From: Lama guanicoe
Lineage: Eukaryota
DNA: 64,000 nt
Direction of reading: 5' to 3'
Assembly: GCA_013239625.1 (NCBI GenBank)
Contig: MU054187.1
Location: 14,604,974-14,668,973, forward strand
This document shows, piece after piece, positions 1-12,124 of this stretch. The first letter of the stretch is position 1, and each line of letters opens with the position of its first letter. The translations under genes and the position numbers were made by a program. The notes beneath the pieces are model-generated. The model ran no database searches and was not told the origin of the DNA. It was given only the letters and a program-made list of their open reading frames with translations.

Positions 1-550
1 TGCCTCCCACATACAAAAATTAATACAACATACAAAAACTAATATAACATAGATCAAAGGCTTGAATGTAAGAGCTAAAACTATAAAACTCTTAGACAAA
101 AACATAGGTGTAAATCCTGTGTCCTTGGATCAGGCACCTATTTTTTAAATATGACAGACACCAAAAACAGAAGAAACAAAAGAAAAAACTAAACAGTACT
201 TCATCAAAATTAAAAATTTTTGTGCATCAAAGGACACTATTAAGGAAGTGAAATGAAAAGACAACATACAAAATGAGAGAAAATATTTACAAATCATATA
301 TCTGACAGAGGTCTAGTATCCAGAATATATAAAGAGCTCTCTGAACTCAACAACAAAATGACAAACAATCCAATTAAAATATGGGGAAATGGAGGGACTG
401 CTAATAGATGTGGGGTTTCTTTTTGTGGTGAAGAAAAAGTTCTGCAATTAGATGGTGGTGATGGTTACACCAAATACTGAAAACCACTGAACTGTGCACA
501 TTTTAGAAAGGTGAATTTTACGGTGTGTGAATTATATCTCAGTTTTTTAA
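1..550 (+). mobile_element. Old L1 fragments (ORF2 3' part, then L1MB-like 3' end)
   Basis: Typical L1 text 'aatgtaagagctaaaactataaaactcttag', 'cttcatcaaaattaaaaattttt' and 'aaaaccactgaactgtgcac...gtgaattatatctc'. Confidence 0.85.
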
Positions 551-1112
551 AATATGAGATAAATATCAGTAGACACAGCAAGAGAGATGAGAATAGTAGC
601 CCCGGGGAAGCTGCAGTGGCACATATAAAATGGAACTGATAACAACTGCTCTTTCTTATGTCTTAATATATTTGGCATTTGATACTATATATATATACAT
701 ATAACTTTGATTTCTTTAAAAAAATCAGTCGAGTCCAAGAATGGAACGAAAATACAATGTTAGTGAATTATGCTATCTCTTCAAAAACAAAGTGACTGCA
801 TTTGGATAGAAATGGAGTGGAATCTATTTTTTTGCCTGCACTCTATTTTCTTGAATTAAGATGTAGGAAAGTTTTGGGAAAAGGAAGCACAGAAATAGAG
901 GTGGCCTTGCTTAACTTGAAATCAAGAAAATCTAAAATCAAGGGAAAACTTAAATGAGCCAAGAACTCCTTATTTATAAAATTGATTTAAATGCTTATGC
1001 TTGAAAATGAGGTTAAAAAAGGGGAGCCATTAAGCTGTAAAATATCCTCACTTCCCAAATGAAGACAGGAATAAAACAACCAGAAACAGAGTACTTACCA
1101 AGCACTTTAGAA

Positions 1113-1387
1113 CAGTGTGTCTGAAACGAATGGCTTGTGTAAAATACAGTAAAAATGAATTACCAGAAAAATGAAATTAAAAAAAGAAACACAAATTACA
1201 AAGCCAAATTTTCATTATTAGATTGGATTTCATTATTAGATATATATATATATAAAACATTACTCTGTCAAATAGCTATTAAAGTGTCTAAATGTGTATT
1301 CTCAGTTTCTTTACTCATTTCTTCATAGGCTGTTAATAAATAGTTCACATACTGACACAGGGCCATAGACCGGTGCTGAGAAGCACA
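1113..1387. mobile_element. Non-autonomous hAT-Charlie DNA transposon remnant (Charlie18a-like)
   Basis: Recognised motifs 'aaaatacagtaaaaatgaattaccagaaaaatg' and 'ttactctgtcaaat'; ends 'gagaagcac'. Confidence 0.5.
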
Positions 1388-2577
1388 CCTCTGCAAACTG
1401 TGTGGAACCAGATTCTTGAAATTGTTCATTAAATCTTAAAATAGTTTCAGAGGCAAGAGGCTACTGGAACAGAAATTTCAAAATAGCAATCATACTAGGA
1501 CGAGAAGATTATCCCCTAGTCCTCTATTAGAGCATTGCAGAAACATTCATTTATAGACAGGGCTACAATTACTTTACAGTGGCAAAAAACAGGAGGCAAA
1601 CTAAGTGGACATCAAAGGGGGATGGTTAAAAATTATAGTAATCCACGCTAGAGAATGAGATGTAGCTGGTTAACACGAGATATATGTGTGTGTATCGCAT
1701 GGAAAGATGTCCATGTTCCATTTTTTACTTTTTTAAAAAAGCAGCAAATTCCACAGCAGTGTATGTAGAATGTAGTCCTATACATTAGAAAGTGGGCCCA
1801 GGTTGTTTGTATATATTTACATAGCAAAAGGGTAGAAAAATATTTGAAAAGATAGGGACATATTCATTCTGCTAAAGGGCTGGGGGAAAGGGACAGCAAG
1901 GGAGAAACTTTGACCTTAGTTCATTCATTCACTCAAAAAGTTTGTACTGAGTACCAACTATGTTCTAAGTGGGAGGAGAAGGGAAACAATGACGGGGAAT
2001 AAGCAACTAGACAAAGAACTTGAAAAGAAAGGAAGGAATATAGAAAGTGAGAAAGGAAGAGACAGAGAGGAAAGGGAAGGGAGGAAGGGAGGGGAAGCAA
2101 GTTCCAGCACAGTAGGTAAGGTCGTGTTTTGTCCTGTATATCAGAGGGTGAGTTCAGGCAGTACGTAGATATTTACACTGAGAAGGTGGGGAGCGGGAAG
2201 GGAGGGGAGGGAAGGAAGAGGGTGAGCTTCAGAGGGTTAGGAACAAAGGCAATGAAAGGACTAAACTGGTGACTGGAAATGAGACTGGGACCAGGCAGCG
2301 TTGCTGATTCAGACAACAGCATCGATCCTCACGTGTGGTTTGTGCATCAAAACATCAATACCTCTTTGATATCTTCAGCAAGCCTAACACTCTAAAAGAT
2401 TTTAAAAAACAATAAAACATTTCAAATGCTTTAAAGAAAAAGCCTAAGAAAATGGTTGGCTGTAGAAATTTTTTGACCTATGGAACATCAATCTCATTTC
2501 CTCAGGGAAACGATCCTAAGTGGATGCTGGGTTCTTACGTGAGGTGGTGAAAGGCTGTTGCATCCAGATTTACTACG

Positions 2578-2988
2578 TGTAGTGGACTGACAGTGGCTGC
2601 TGAAAAACATGTCTTCATCCTAATCCCTAAAGGGTGAACATGATCTTGTACAGAGAAGGATATGGCTGAGTTAAGGGTCTTGAAAGGAGGAACTTATCCT
2701 GGATAATCAGGGTGGGCCCTGAAGTATGATTCTAAGTATGAATGTGGGGGCAGTTTGGGGACAGACACACACAAGACAGTAAACAGAAGCAAAGGAACAC
2801 GTGGGGCCAGCGCAAGGTGAAAGAGGCAAGGAAGCGGCCCTCCACGGGGACCCCAGGGGGAGAATGTTCCTGCCGACACCTTGCTTTTGGACTTCCGACT
2901 TTAGAACTGGGAGATAATAAATTTCTGTTGTTTTAAGCCACCAAATTTGTGGTAATTTGTTACAGCCCAGCCATAGGAAATGAACACA
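2578..2988 (+). mobile_element. MaLR LTR (MLT1 family)
   Basis: Starts 'tgtagtgg'; contains 'ttatcctggataatcagggtgggccct', 'agaactgggagataataaatttctgttgttttaagccaccaaatttgtggtaatttgttacagc'; ends 'aggaaatgaacaca'. Confidence 0.85.
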
Positions 2989-3040
2989 CTAAAACACTAA
3001 CATTTAAAACAGAAAATTATAAAATTGAATGAGAAATCTT

Positions 3041-3401
3041 TTTTAAATTGAAGTATAGTTGATTTACAATGTTGTGTTAGTTTCTGTTGTAACAGCATAC
3101 TGATTCAATTATACATATATATTCTTTTTCAATATAGGTTATTACAAGCTATTGAATGTAGTTTCCTGTGCTATACAGGAGGACCTTGTTTATCTTTTAT
3201 ATATAGTAATTTTTATCTGCTAATCCCAAACTCCTGATTTATCCCTCCCCCTCTTCCCCTCTCCTCTCTTTCCCTTTGGTAATCATAAATTTGTTTATGT
3301 CTGTGAATCTATTTCTGTTTTGCAAATAAGTTCTTTTTTTTTTTGCAAATAAGTTCATTTGTATCATTTTTTAGGTTCCACATATAAGTGATGTCATATG
3401 A
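3041..3401 (-). mobile_element. 5'-truncated L1 3' end (cetartiodactyl-type) with 10-bp TSD
   Basis: 'ttgaagtatagttgatttacaatgttgtgttagtttctg...ttccacatataagtga'; flanking GAGAAATCTT at 3031-3040 and 3402-3411. Confidence 0.88.
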
Positions 3402-3479
3402 GAGAAATCTTAAATGCATTTTAATTGAGGAAGGAGCAAGTTTAATTAATAATGAGATATTTATAGATAATTTACTATA

Positions 3480-3655
3480 AGCACTTTAATGTGCTTTGTC
3501 TTAGAACAATGCCATAGAGTAGTTACTACCCCTTCTCAGTATTTGGAAACAAAAAACCCAGGTGCAGAGGTTAATTAACTTGGATAAAGTCCCATGCAGC
3601 TGTAAAGTGCCAAGTTCTGAACCCAGGCAGCCTGACTCCAGAGCCCACCACTCAG
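3480..3655. mobile_element. MIR SINE remnant
   Basis: Core-like 'cagaggttaattaacttg...gtcccatgcagct...tgaacccaggcagcctgactccagagccca'. Confidence 0.65.
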
Positions 3656-3749
3656 CTATTGCCTGGGAAGTTTTTACTTCAGGACACTTTGAAGGATTTT
3701 AGAGTTAATAGCACTGTTTTTTGTTATTTTGTTATTTTTGGCAGCCTTT

Positions 3750-4790
3750 CTTTTTTTTAGAGCAGTTTTAAGTGGACAGAAGAGTTCAGGAGAAAGTACA
3801 TGGAGTTCCCATCAGCCCCTTTCTCCCCTCTCACCATTTTCCCTATTGTTAGCATCCTGCATTAGTGTGGTACATTTGATATACAATGAGCCAGTATTGA
3901 TACATTATCATTATTTAAAGTCCACAGTTTCAGGGTGAGGGGAATTGGATGAAGGTGGTCAAAAGATACAAACTTCCAGTTATAAGAAAACTAAGTACTG
4001 GGGATGTAATGTATAACATGATGGTTATGGGAAATACTGCCCTGTGGTATATTTCAAAGTTGCTAAGAGAGTAGAAGCTAAAAGTTCTGATCACAAGGAA
4101 AAAAAATTATTTTTTCTTTTGCAGCTATATGAAATGGTACATGTTAACTAAACTTACTGGGGCAATCATTTCACAATATATGTAAGTCAAGTCTTTGAGC
4201 TGGACACCTTAAACTTATAAGGGCTGTATGTCAATTTTATCTCAATAAAATGGAAAAAAAATTAAGTCCAAAGTTTAAGGTTCACTCTAGGTGTAAATTT
4301 TATGAATTTGGATAAATGTTTAATGACATGGACCCATCATTATGGTATCATACACAGTACATCACTGCCCTAAAAATCCTCTGTGCTCCATCTTTCCATC
4401 CCTCCCCACCCTAAGCCCAGGCAACTACTGATCCTTTTACAGTCTCCATAGTTTTTTCCTTTCTAGAATGTCATATAGTCGGACTCGTACAGTATGCAGC
4501 CTTTTCAGGTTGGTGTCTTTTACTTAGCAATATGCATTTAGTGTTCTTGATGTCTTTTCACGGTTTGGTATCTCATTTCTTTTTAACACAGAATAATATT
4601 TCCACTGTATGGGTGTACCACACTTTGTCCATTTACCTATTGAAGGACATCTTGGTTGCTTCCAAGTGTTGGCAATTATGAATAAATCTTCTCTAAGCAT
4701 TCAAGTGTAGGTTTTTGTGTGGACATGAGTTTTCAAATTATTTGCTTAAATACCAAGGAGAGTGATTGCTGGACCATATGGTAAGATATT
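3750..4790 (-). mobile_element. L1MC-like 3' fragment interrupted by a younger opposite-strand L1
   Basis: 'tttagagcagttttaag...gtacatttg...atgagccagtattgatacattatc' resumes after 4276 with 'ggttcactct...ctagaatgtcatatagt...ggcaattatgaataaa'. Confidence 0.8.
3931..4263 (+). mobile_element. L1MA-like 3' end nested in the L1MC fragment
   Basis: 'ggtcaaaagatacaaacttccagttataag...atctcaataaaatggaaaaaaa'; TSD AAGTCCACAGTTT (3918-3930) and AAGTCCAAAGTTT (4264-4276). Confidence 0.85.
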
Positions 4791-4895
4791 TTTTTTTCCC
4801 TTTCCCTAAGCTAACCTCACAGGTTGGAGTATTTTAGATAAGTGTACACACAAATTCTGGTCTATTATCTGCCATTTGGTCAATATAAATAATCC

Positions 4896-5400
4896 TGTAG
4901 TGGACATTTTAAGTTCTCTGCCCATTAAAACTCCTCAGTCTCATTTTTATTGTGTTGGGAAAACCATCCCCAATTTCAGGTGGTTCTGATGGGGCTGTAA
5001 ATTCATGGCCACAGGGGCCATGAGACCCACACCTGCTGAAGTTCCCCATCCTCCAGCCTCAGTGATGACTGAAGGGGTGCTGCAGACATGAGACCCGAAA
5101 AGACCAAGCAGAATCTGCTCTGAGATGGATTTACAAACACTAGTAGGGGAAAACGCTAGTTTTCTTGGAGCTGCTGGGCTGGGAAGGTACAGCTGTCAGT
5201 GACCCTCTTGCTCACATTTGGAGAGAATTTGTAGAATAAAGCCAATCAGAGCTGGGAGAGGGAGACAGAGCCCTAACTTTGAGCCTTGCCTCCAGCTTTT
5301 CTGAAGCCAGTACCACCTATGACTCCCTGGCTTTATAAACCAACAAGTTCATTTTCCCTTAAGCTAGTTACACTTGCAAACAAAATAATCCTAATATAAA
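4896..5400 (+). mobile_element. Old MaLR LTR (MLT1J/I-like)
   Basis: Starts 'tgtagtggacat'; ends 'ttttcccttaagctagtt...cacttgcaaacaaaataatcctaatata'. Confidence 0.6.
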
Positions 5401-5466
5401 GCCCAGGTCCAGCTTGAAATGTGAAGAAATGAAAAGGATGTTTATGAACATTAAAAATACTCTAGA

Positions 5467-5563
5467 GGGGAGGGGGTTATAGCTCAGTGGTAGAGTGCAT
5501 GCTTGGCACGCATGAGGTCCTAGGTTCAATCTTCAGTGCCTCAGTTAAAAAGAAGAAAAAAAA
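5467..5563 (+). mobile_element. Short tRNA-derived SINE (camelid Vic-1-like)
   Basis: G-rich leader, A box 'tagctcagtggtagag', B box 'ggttcaatc', A-rich tail; ACTCT on both flanks. Confidence 0.85.
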
Positions 5564-5883
5564 ACTCTCATCTGAAACTTCTTTTTCATGACTGAGGAGA
5601 TTTGCCACTATTTCAAAAAATTCTCTCAACTAAAATTGCATATTTATTCTTAATAGGAATCATATTTCCTCTTTTTAGTTAGCAGTTTAGTTTCCTCTCT
5701 TTCTGCAAGAGAATTAAAAGTTTGTACAATCTGCTGTTGTTCCCTTGCTGCGTTATTCTCCGGGACAAGCATTTACACTCCTGATGCTGAGTTACAGCTG
5801 AGAATTACTTTGTCTCCTGTCCTCCTGGAATAGAAAGAGAAATAGCATTGCTTGTAACCTAAGAAACTTGGAAGTGAGTTAAA

Positions 5884-5980
5884 CCAGTCATCCTCAAACC
5901 TGGCTCTGCGTCAGAATCATCTGGGAGAGATTTATTTGCCTAAAATATGAATTCTGGCTCCATTCCACACCTTACTGGAA
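5884..5980. mobile_element. MER5-like hAT remnant
   Basis: 'ctcaaacctggctctgcgtcagaatcatctgggaga' resembles the MER5 terminus. Confidence 0.5.
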
Positions 5981-6019
5981 AGAGATTGAGTTGAATTGAT
6001 TTAACAGTCAGCAATGCTG

Positions 6020-7567
6020 TGGATGGACCACAGCTGTTGCTTCTATACCTTGGTTGTAAATAATGCTGCTATGAACATTGATGTGCATGTATCTTTTTGA
6101 ATTAGTGTTCTAGTTTTCTTTGGATATATATCCAGGTGCAGAATTGCAGGACCATATGGTAGTTCTATTAGTTGTTTGAAGACCCTCCATACTGTTTTTC
6201 AGTGGCTGCACCAATTGACATCCTCACCAGCAGCGTACAAGGGTTCCCGTTCCTCCTCATCCTTGCCAACTTTCGCATTTGTATTCTTTTCGAGGATAGC
6301 CATTGTGACGGGTGTGAGGTGATACCTCATTGTGATTTTGATTTGCCTTTCTCTGATGATTAGCAACGCTGAACATCTTTTCATGTGCCTCTTAGCTATC
6401 TGTGTGTCCTCTTTGGAAAAAATGTCCATTCAGATCTTCTGTCCATTTTGGGGGCAGGTTTATTTGTTTATTTTAGACATCCATTTTTTAATCAGGTTTT
6501 TTTTTGATATTGAGTTTGCATGAGCTGTTTATACATTTTGGATGTTAACCCCTTATTGGTGATACAATTTGTAAATATTTTCTCCCATTCAGTAGATTGT
6601 CTTTTCACTTTGTAAATGGTTTCCTTTGCTGTGCAATAGCTTCTAAGTTTAATTAGGTCCCATTTGTTTATTTTTGCTTTGTTTCCTTTGCCTCAGGAGA
6701 CAGATCAAAAAATATTGCTTTTATGTCAAAGAGTGTTCTGCCTATGTTTTCCTCTAGGAGTTTTAAGGTTTCCAACATACCTATTACATTTCTATACCCT
6801 GGCGTGTGGGGCCAGGTCCTGGGCGCTCTGATGGACAGGTACGCGTCCAGGAGTGGATGTGGGCTCTGGGGGTCTTAAGGCAGTCTGTCTGCTGGTGGGA
6901 GGGGCTGTGTCCCTGTCCAGTTAGTTGCTTGGCCTGAAGCATCCCAGTACTCAAGCCAACCTGATGATGGGCAGTGGGTGGGCCTGGGTCCTGAGGCTAA
7001 TATGCTAGAGGGAGGATTCCAAAATGATGCTTGCCAGCAGTGGCGTCCATGGGGGAGAATGAGCTCCCCAAAATGGCTGCAGTCAGTGTCTGTGTCCCCA
7101 GGGTGAGTTCTAGTCACCTCCTGAGATTCTCCAAGATCAGCAGATAGGTCTGATCCAGCCTTTTTTCAAAATACTGCTTCTGTCCTGGGTCCCCGCGTGT
7201 GTAAGGTTTTGTTTGCCCCCTTTAAGAGCGGAGTCTATTTCCTGCAGACTTTCCACTCTCTAAAGTAAGACCACTGACCTTCAAAGCCAAATGTCTGGGG
7301 GCTTGTCTTCCTGCTGCAGGACCCCCGGGGTTGGGGATCCCGGTGTGGCGCCCACACCCCTCACTCCTTGGGGAGAAGCTCTGCAATTGTAATTATTCTC
7401 CCTTTTGCGGGTCACCCATCCGGAGGTATGAGTCTTGGCTACACCATGATTCCTCCCCTCCTCCCCATCTTGCTGTGGTTCCTTCTTTATATCTTCAGTT
7501 GTAAAAGATCTTTTCTGGTAGGTGCCGGTCTTTTTCTACTCTGTCACCTTGGCTGATCTCCTCCTCC
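6020..7567 (-). mobile_element. L1 with ORF2 3' portion (about 6020-6790) joined to L1 5' UTR-like sequence (about 6795-7567)
   Basis: ORF 6199..6429 resembles the L1 ORF2 C-terminus ([17 protein letters not shown]...MRYHLTP). The GC-richer part resembles a laurasiatherian L1 5' UTR ending in a degenerate 'ccaagatggcg' start. Confidence 0.75.
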
Positions 7568-7664
7568 GTTACATTTTAAATGCTCTATATCCAAGACAGC
7601 CGAGGAAAGCGTGGTTCCTCCCAAAAGAGCTCTGAACTACACTTATCTGACTTTCTCACTATAA

Positions 7665-8730
7665 CTGTTTGCATTTTCCAAAATGTTATATAAATAAAGC
7701 CATAAGTATGTACTTTTTTTTGCCTGGGTAGTTTCACTCAGCATAATAGCAATTTATCAGTGTTGTTTTTTATCAATGTGTCAATAGATTATTCTTTTTT
7801 TTATTGCTGTTGTATTCCATTGTATAGATATGCCAAAGTTTGGCTACTTATTCACTTATTGATGGACATCTGGGATGTTTCCAGTTGGGACAGTTTACAA
7901 ACATTTGTGTAAAACGTCTTTGTGTGAACATATGCTCTTTTCCTGTGGGTAAATAACTCCAAGCAAAATGCCGATTAATTTAGTACGTGCATGCTTAACA
8001 ACTTTTTAAGAAGCTGTCAAACTGTCTTCCAAAATGCTTATACAATTCTACGTTCAGTAGTGGGAGAGTTCCCATTGCTCCACATTCTTGTCAAAACTTG
8101 GTATGGTCAGTGTAGTGGGTGTAGTGGTGTCTCCTGGTTTTAAGTTGTATTCTTCTAATAACTAACGACGTTGAGCAGCTTTTTATGTATTTATTTGCTA
8201 TCCCTGTGTTTTCTTTGGTTAAGAATCAGCTGAAGTAAAAACAAAAATTCAAAAATTGTTCTCATTTTAAAATTGATTGGAAAGTGACTGAATTTTAAGA
8301 ATTAAAAAAATTCTTTATCAGACATATATTTCACAAATATATTGTGTTACCTTTTTAGTTTAAGTGTCCTGAAAAGCCCAAGGTTTAAATTCTGATAAGA
8401 ACAATTAATCAAATGCTTTCAATAATTTGTACGGTAGTTAAGAAATCTTTGCCACATTCAAGATCTCAGATTTTATTTTCTTACACAAATTTTAGTTTTT
8501 ACTCTTGATTTAGGTCTATGATTCATTTTGGGTAATTTTTGTATATGATGGAAGATTTTTTTTTCTTTTGCAAATGGCTCTTCGAGTGCCCTAGTACCAC
8601 ATGATGAATAGATTATTCTTTTTCCCTGAAAGTGCCTTGGCATCTCTTTCGAAAATCAGTTGATACTACCTTTGGACTTTCCCTTCTGTTCCACTGATGT
8701 ATGTCTATATTTATGCCAATACTTAATAAT
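7665..8730 (-). mobile_element. Old L1M fragment
   Basis: 'tattccattgtatagatatgcc', 'gatggacatctgggatgtttccagt', 'aagaaatctttgcc', 'ttaggtctatgattcattttg'. Confidence 0.75.
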
Positions 8731-11700
8731 AAATTCAAGTCATCATCATTCGTTGTCCGATTACAATTAAGCCTCTTGTTTTTCCCTTCAGTTTAGTCAC
8801 CCTTCCAAACACTTTCCACATCAGAGACAAAGTAATTTTTCTGAAGGGCAAATCAGATTCTGTCACAAGATAAAATCAAAACTCTAAAACCTCGTCTTCC
8901 ATGTTCTAGTTCTATTTCCTATTTTCACCTCTCCTTCATCCAAATTTAATGCTACAACACTGTTCTCTCTCACCCTTGGTGTTGGCATTCGCCGCATGCT
9001 TTATCTCCGATGCCCTCACCTTTTCTCTCCCACCTTTGCCTGGCGAATACTCATTCTTCCCCTGGAATTCTTCCCAGACTCCCTTAGACAGCCTTGGTGG
9101 TTCCTGCCTTGGTGCTTGCCTGGCACTCTGCCATCACCCCAGGACACCACCGTACACAATCACCCGTTTGTCTTCCCTGCCAGATGATAAGCTCCTTGGG
9201 ACCCAGCAGGCGGTCAGTATTTGAATGAATATACAGTTGAACAAGACAGGTTCTTGCTCTTCAGAAGCTCCCGACATGGTGTGGCACGCAGAGCGCTGTG
9301 TCACTCCCCACCCCACACCTCCAGTGCTTTCCAGGTCTGTTGTTTCTGCTGGTTTATTATCACGGTGTTTCCCAGATAACCTTTGTGTACTGATCCCTGT
9401 ATTTAAATAAACCACTTGGAGGAATCACCTGAGGCCTAAAAAGAGAATAGCTTTCTTCAGAGAGGAATTGCAGTTGCTTCTGATCATCTCCTGAGAACAT
9501 GGCCAGTCAGGGATCTCATGTTAATCTAGGTCCACAGCTTGGCATTCCCCAAAGCACTCCAGGGTGCAAGTCTGAATCAGGGCTGTTTCCTCAGGTGACC
9601 TTTACTCTGGGAATGGAGCTCCACTGGGTCCTGGTTTTAAGTTACTTTTGATGGGTGGGATGTTGGCGCAGTGGCTCAGACTCATTTGGGGCATATCCTG
9701 GGCTTTGATTCCTGGGCAACCTTCCCTGCGATACTGCCCACACAGTGGCTCAGTTTCATAATTCCCTCCCAACTGACAGATGCCCTGAGGACAACGGGAG
9801 CTCACTGCTAGGCTCATCTCTCCGTTCAGCGGAAACTATGAAAGATCAATTTCAATCCTGCCCTGACTCACAAAGCCCTACATCATTTGGCCTTTGGCTC
9901 CTGCTTCCCCATCGGCTCTCTGAACCAGCCGCGTCATCCTGTCCTCGGGCTTTTGGACTCGTGATCTTTGTACTTGCCTAGAACCCATCCACAAAGTTTG
10001 TATTTCTCAAGGCATAGCAATACTATTTGCAAACAACTTGTTCCCCTGATTATCAGAAACTGCCACTTATCGGAACCCGTTCAGGCTCATCACTTTGTAT
10101 GCTGTATCATTTATCTACTTCATAGCTCCCTGATTACATAGGCCCTTTGAAGATACATGCTGTCGCTTATCTGCCATCCTTGTTGGTACAGCAGAGGTCA
10201 TCACTAAGTATCTGCTTAAATGCCCGGTTTTAACCTTAATGAGTGTTAGGTTTACCCTTATGATCTCAGGGCTCCTCAGATGTATTTAGTTTAAAACAAT
10301 TACATTTTTAATTCGTGAATATATTCAAGACAATTTACCTCAGAGAAAAGGCAAGGATATGAGAAACACCCTTTTATATAAAAGAAGGCAAAACCAATTA
10401 AGAATGACTAATGATTTACTTAAAAGTAATTCTGTCAAACTCTCTGGGATGGGAAGGATAGGGTGTTCTGCTATAACGTTTCACACAGATGGTGGTTGGG
10501 TTTGCTAGTGCCTGAGTAAGGTTCTTTGAAAAAGCTAGGATAAAAATACAAGTACAACCAGGTGAATTCAACTAAAATTTACTAAGAGCTTCTGTGATAG
10601 GTGCTGTGTGCCACTGCTGTGTACACAAACACAACTGAGACACTGTCCCAGTGTGAAGAGCTCAGGATAGAAGACTGGGACGGGGTAAAGAGGGAAGGGC
10701 AAAGATGATAAACTTGTAACTACATCTGAGCTGCACCTTTTGGGGAGAAAAGCAGGTAACGAACATTCGAGGAACAGAGAAGAACATTAGCAAAGCACAG
10801 GGAGTTTTGTCTGGCTGTTGCGTGTGGGACGAGGTGTGCAGAGGGCTGAAGAGCAGCAGGGGTCCATCAGGACCAGGCAGTGAAAAGGCCGACGGCAAAG
10901 GGGCTGGAGAAGAGGAAGAAACGTCAGAGATGTTCTAAAGATGGGCTCTACAGAACTTGATGAAAAATGTCAGCGAGGACTCGTGAGCAGTGTTAGAGTC
11001 TTCACTTGGGTAACGAGGTTAGATAGGAATATGCCATTAATTATGACAAGAAAGTATGAGAGAGAGAAATAGGCTTTTGGGGGGGTGAGAGTGGAGATAA
11101 GAAATTTTTAATGTTAAGTTGGACACCTTTTCTGCAGGATATAGCCATTCACACTAGGGTCTTACTTGATAATATACACCCACCCGCATTAGTTCCCTGA
11201 AGATCACGTACATGTATAAGAAAGTATTTTCCACCTTACTTTCTTATTTCAACTTTCCTTATTTGACCCTTCAAATCAGTTCATGTTTGATTTTGCTATG
11301 TGCCACGTTAGTGTGAAAAGTACTAAGGAATATACAGAGGATTTCAACAAAACACTTCTCCCTAGTAGCTTGAGCTAGTGGAGAAAAGTCATACCTTCCG
11401 TGAGAGGCAGAAATTATTTTAAGGATTACAATAAAGGGAGGGAGTGCCATCAAAGTATAAAGAAAGGTGGATCTTGCATTTACCTAACCAGCTACTAACC
11501 TAGTAGTTTGGGGCTGCAGAAGCGGCTCGTGGCGGGGTCAGGCGGTCCCGGGGAGGGAGACCCCCTGGGAGAGAGCCTAGAATGCCAGCAGAGCACGCTG
11601 AACCCCTTCCTGCCGGGAACAGCTGGGATGTGGGGAAGGCCCCTCTTCTGCTTATTTCCTTCTTTTCTCATCACTTGAGGAGTCATACTCATTCAAGTAA

Positions 11701-12124
11701 GTTAGTTGATCTGTTTGCATACTCGGGAAAGCGCCTGGAAGTTCTTCACAGGATGTTCTTATTCATCGTGCAACTTGAAGTTCAGCAACACCAGACTCAC
11801 AGTAACTCTAAGCAAGCACCCAGGTCTCAGTTTCCATCTTTTCTGAAAACACCCAGTCTTTTAAACAGGACTTAATTAATTAAAGCATGAAAAACTACTA
11901 AAATGCACTAGGCTGCGCTGCTAAGCAAAGATGATCTTCAAATAAATAAACGAATGGCTTTAGTGACTATCTTCATTCTGCTGCACTCATTTTGGAAATG
12001 GACATGTTACTATTTCCATAATCCTTTAAAGATCACAGTCTTCTGTAAAGATATATAAATTTTTACAATATAAACTACAAAAACGTTTAACATCTATCCA
12101 ACTTAGTATTCAAGTCTACAGGAA

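Noticed and set aside
5478..5545. tRNA-like sequences here and at 22440, 44605, 49075 and 51615 as real tRNA genes
   Set aside because: They are mutually diverged, have G-rich leaders, A tails and in several cases TSDs, which marks them as SINE copies.
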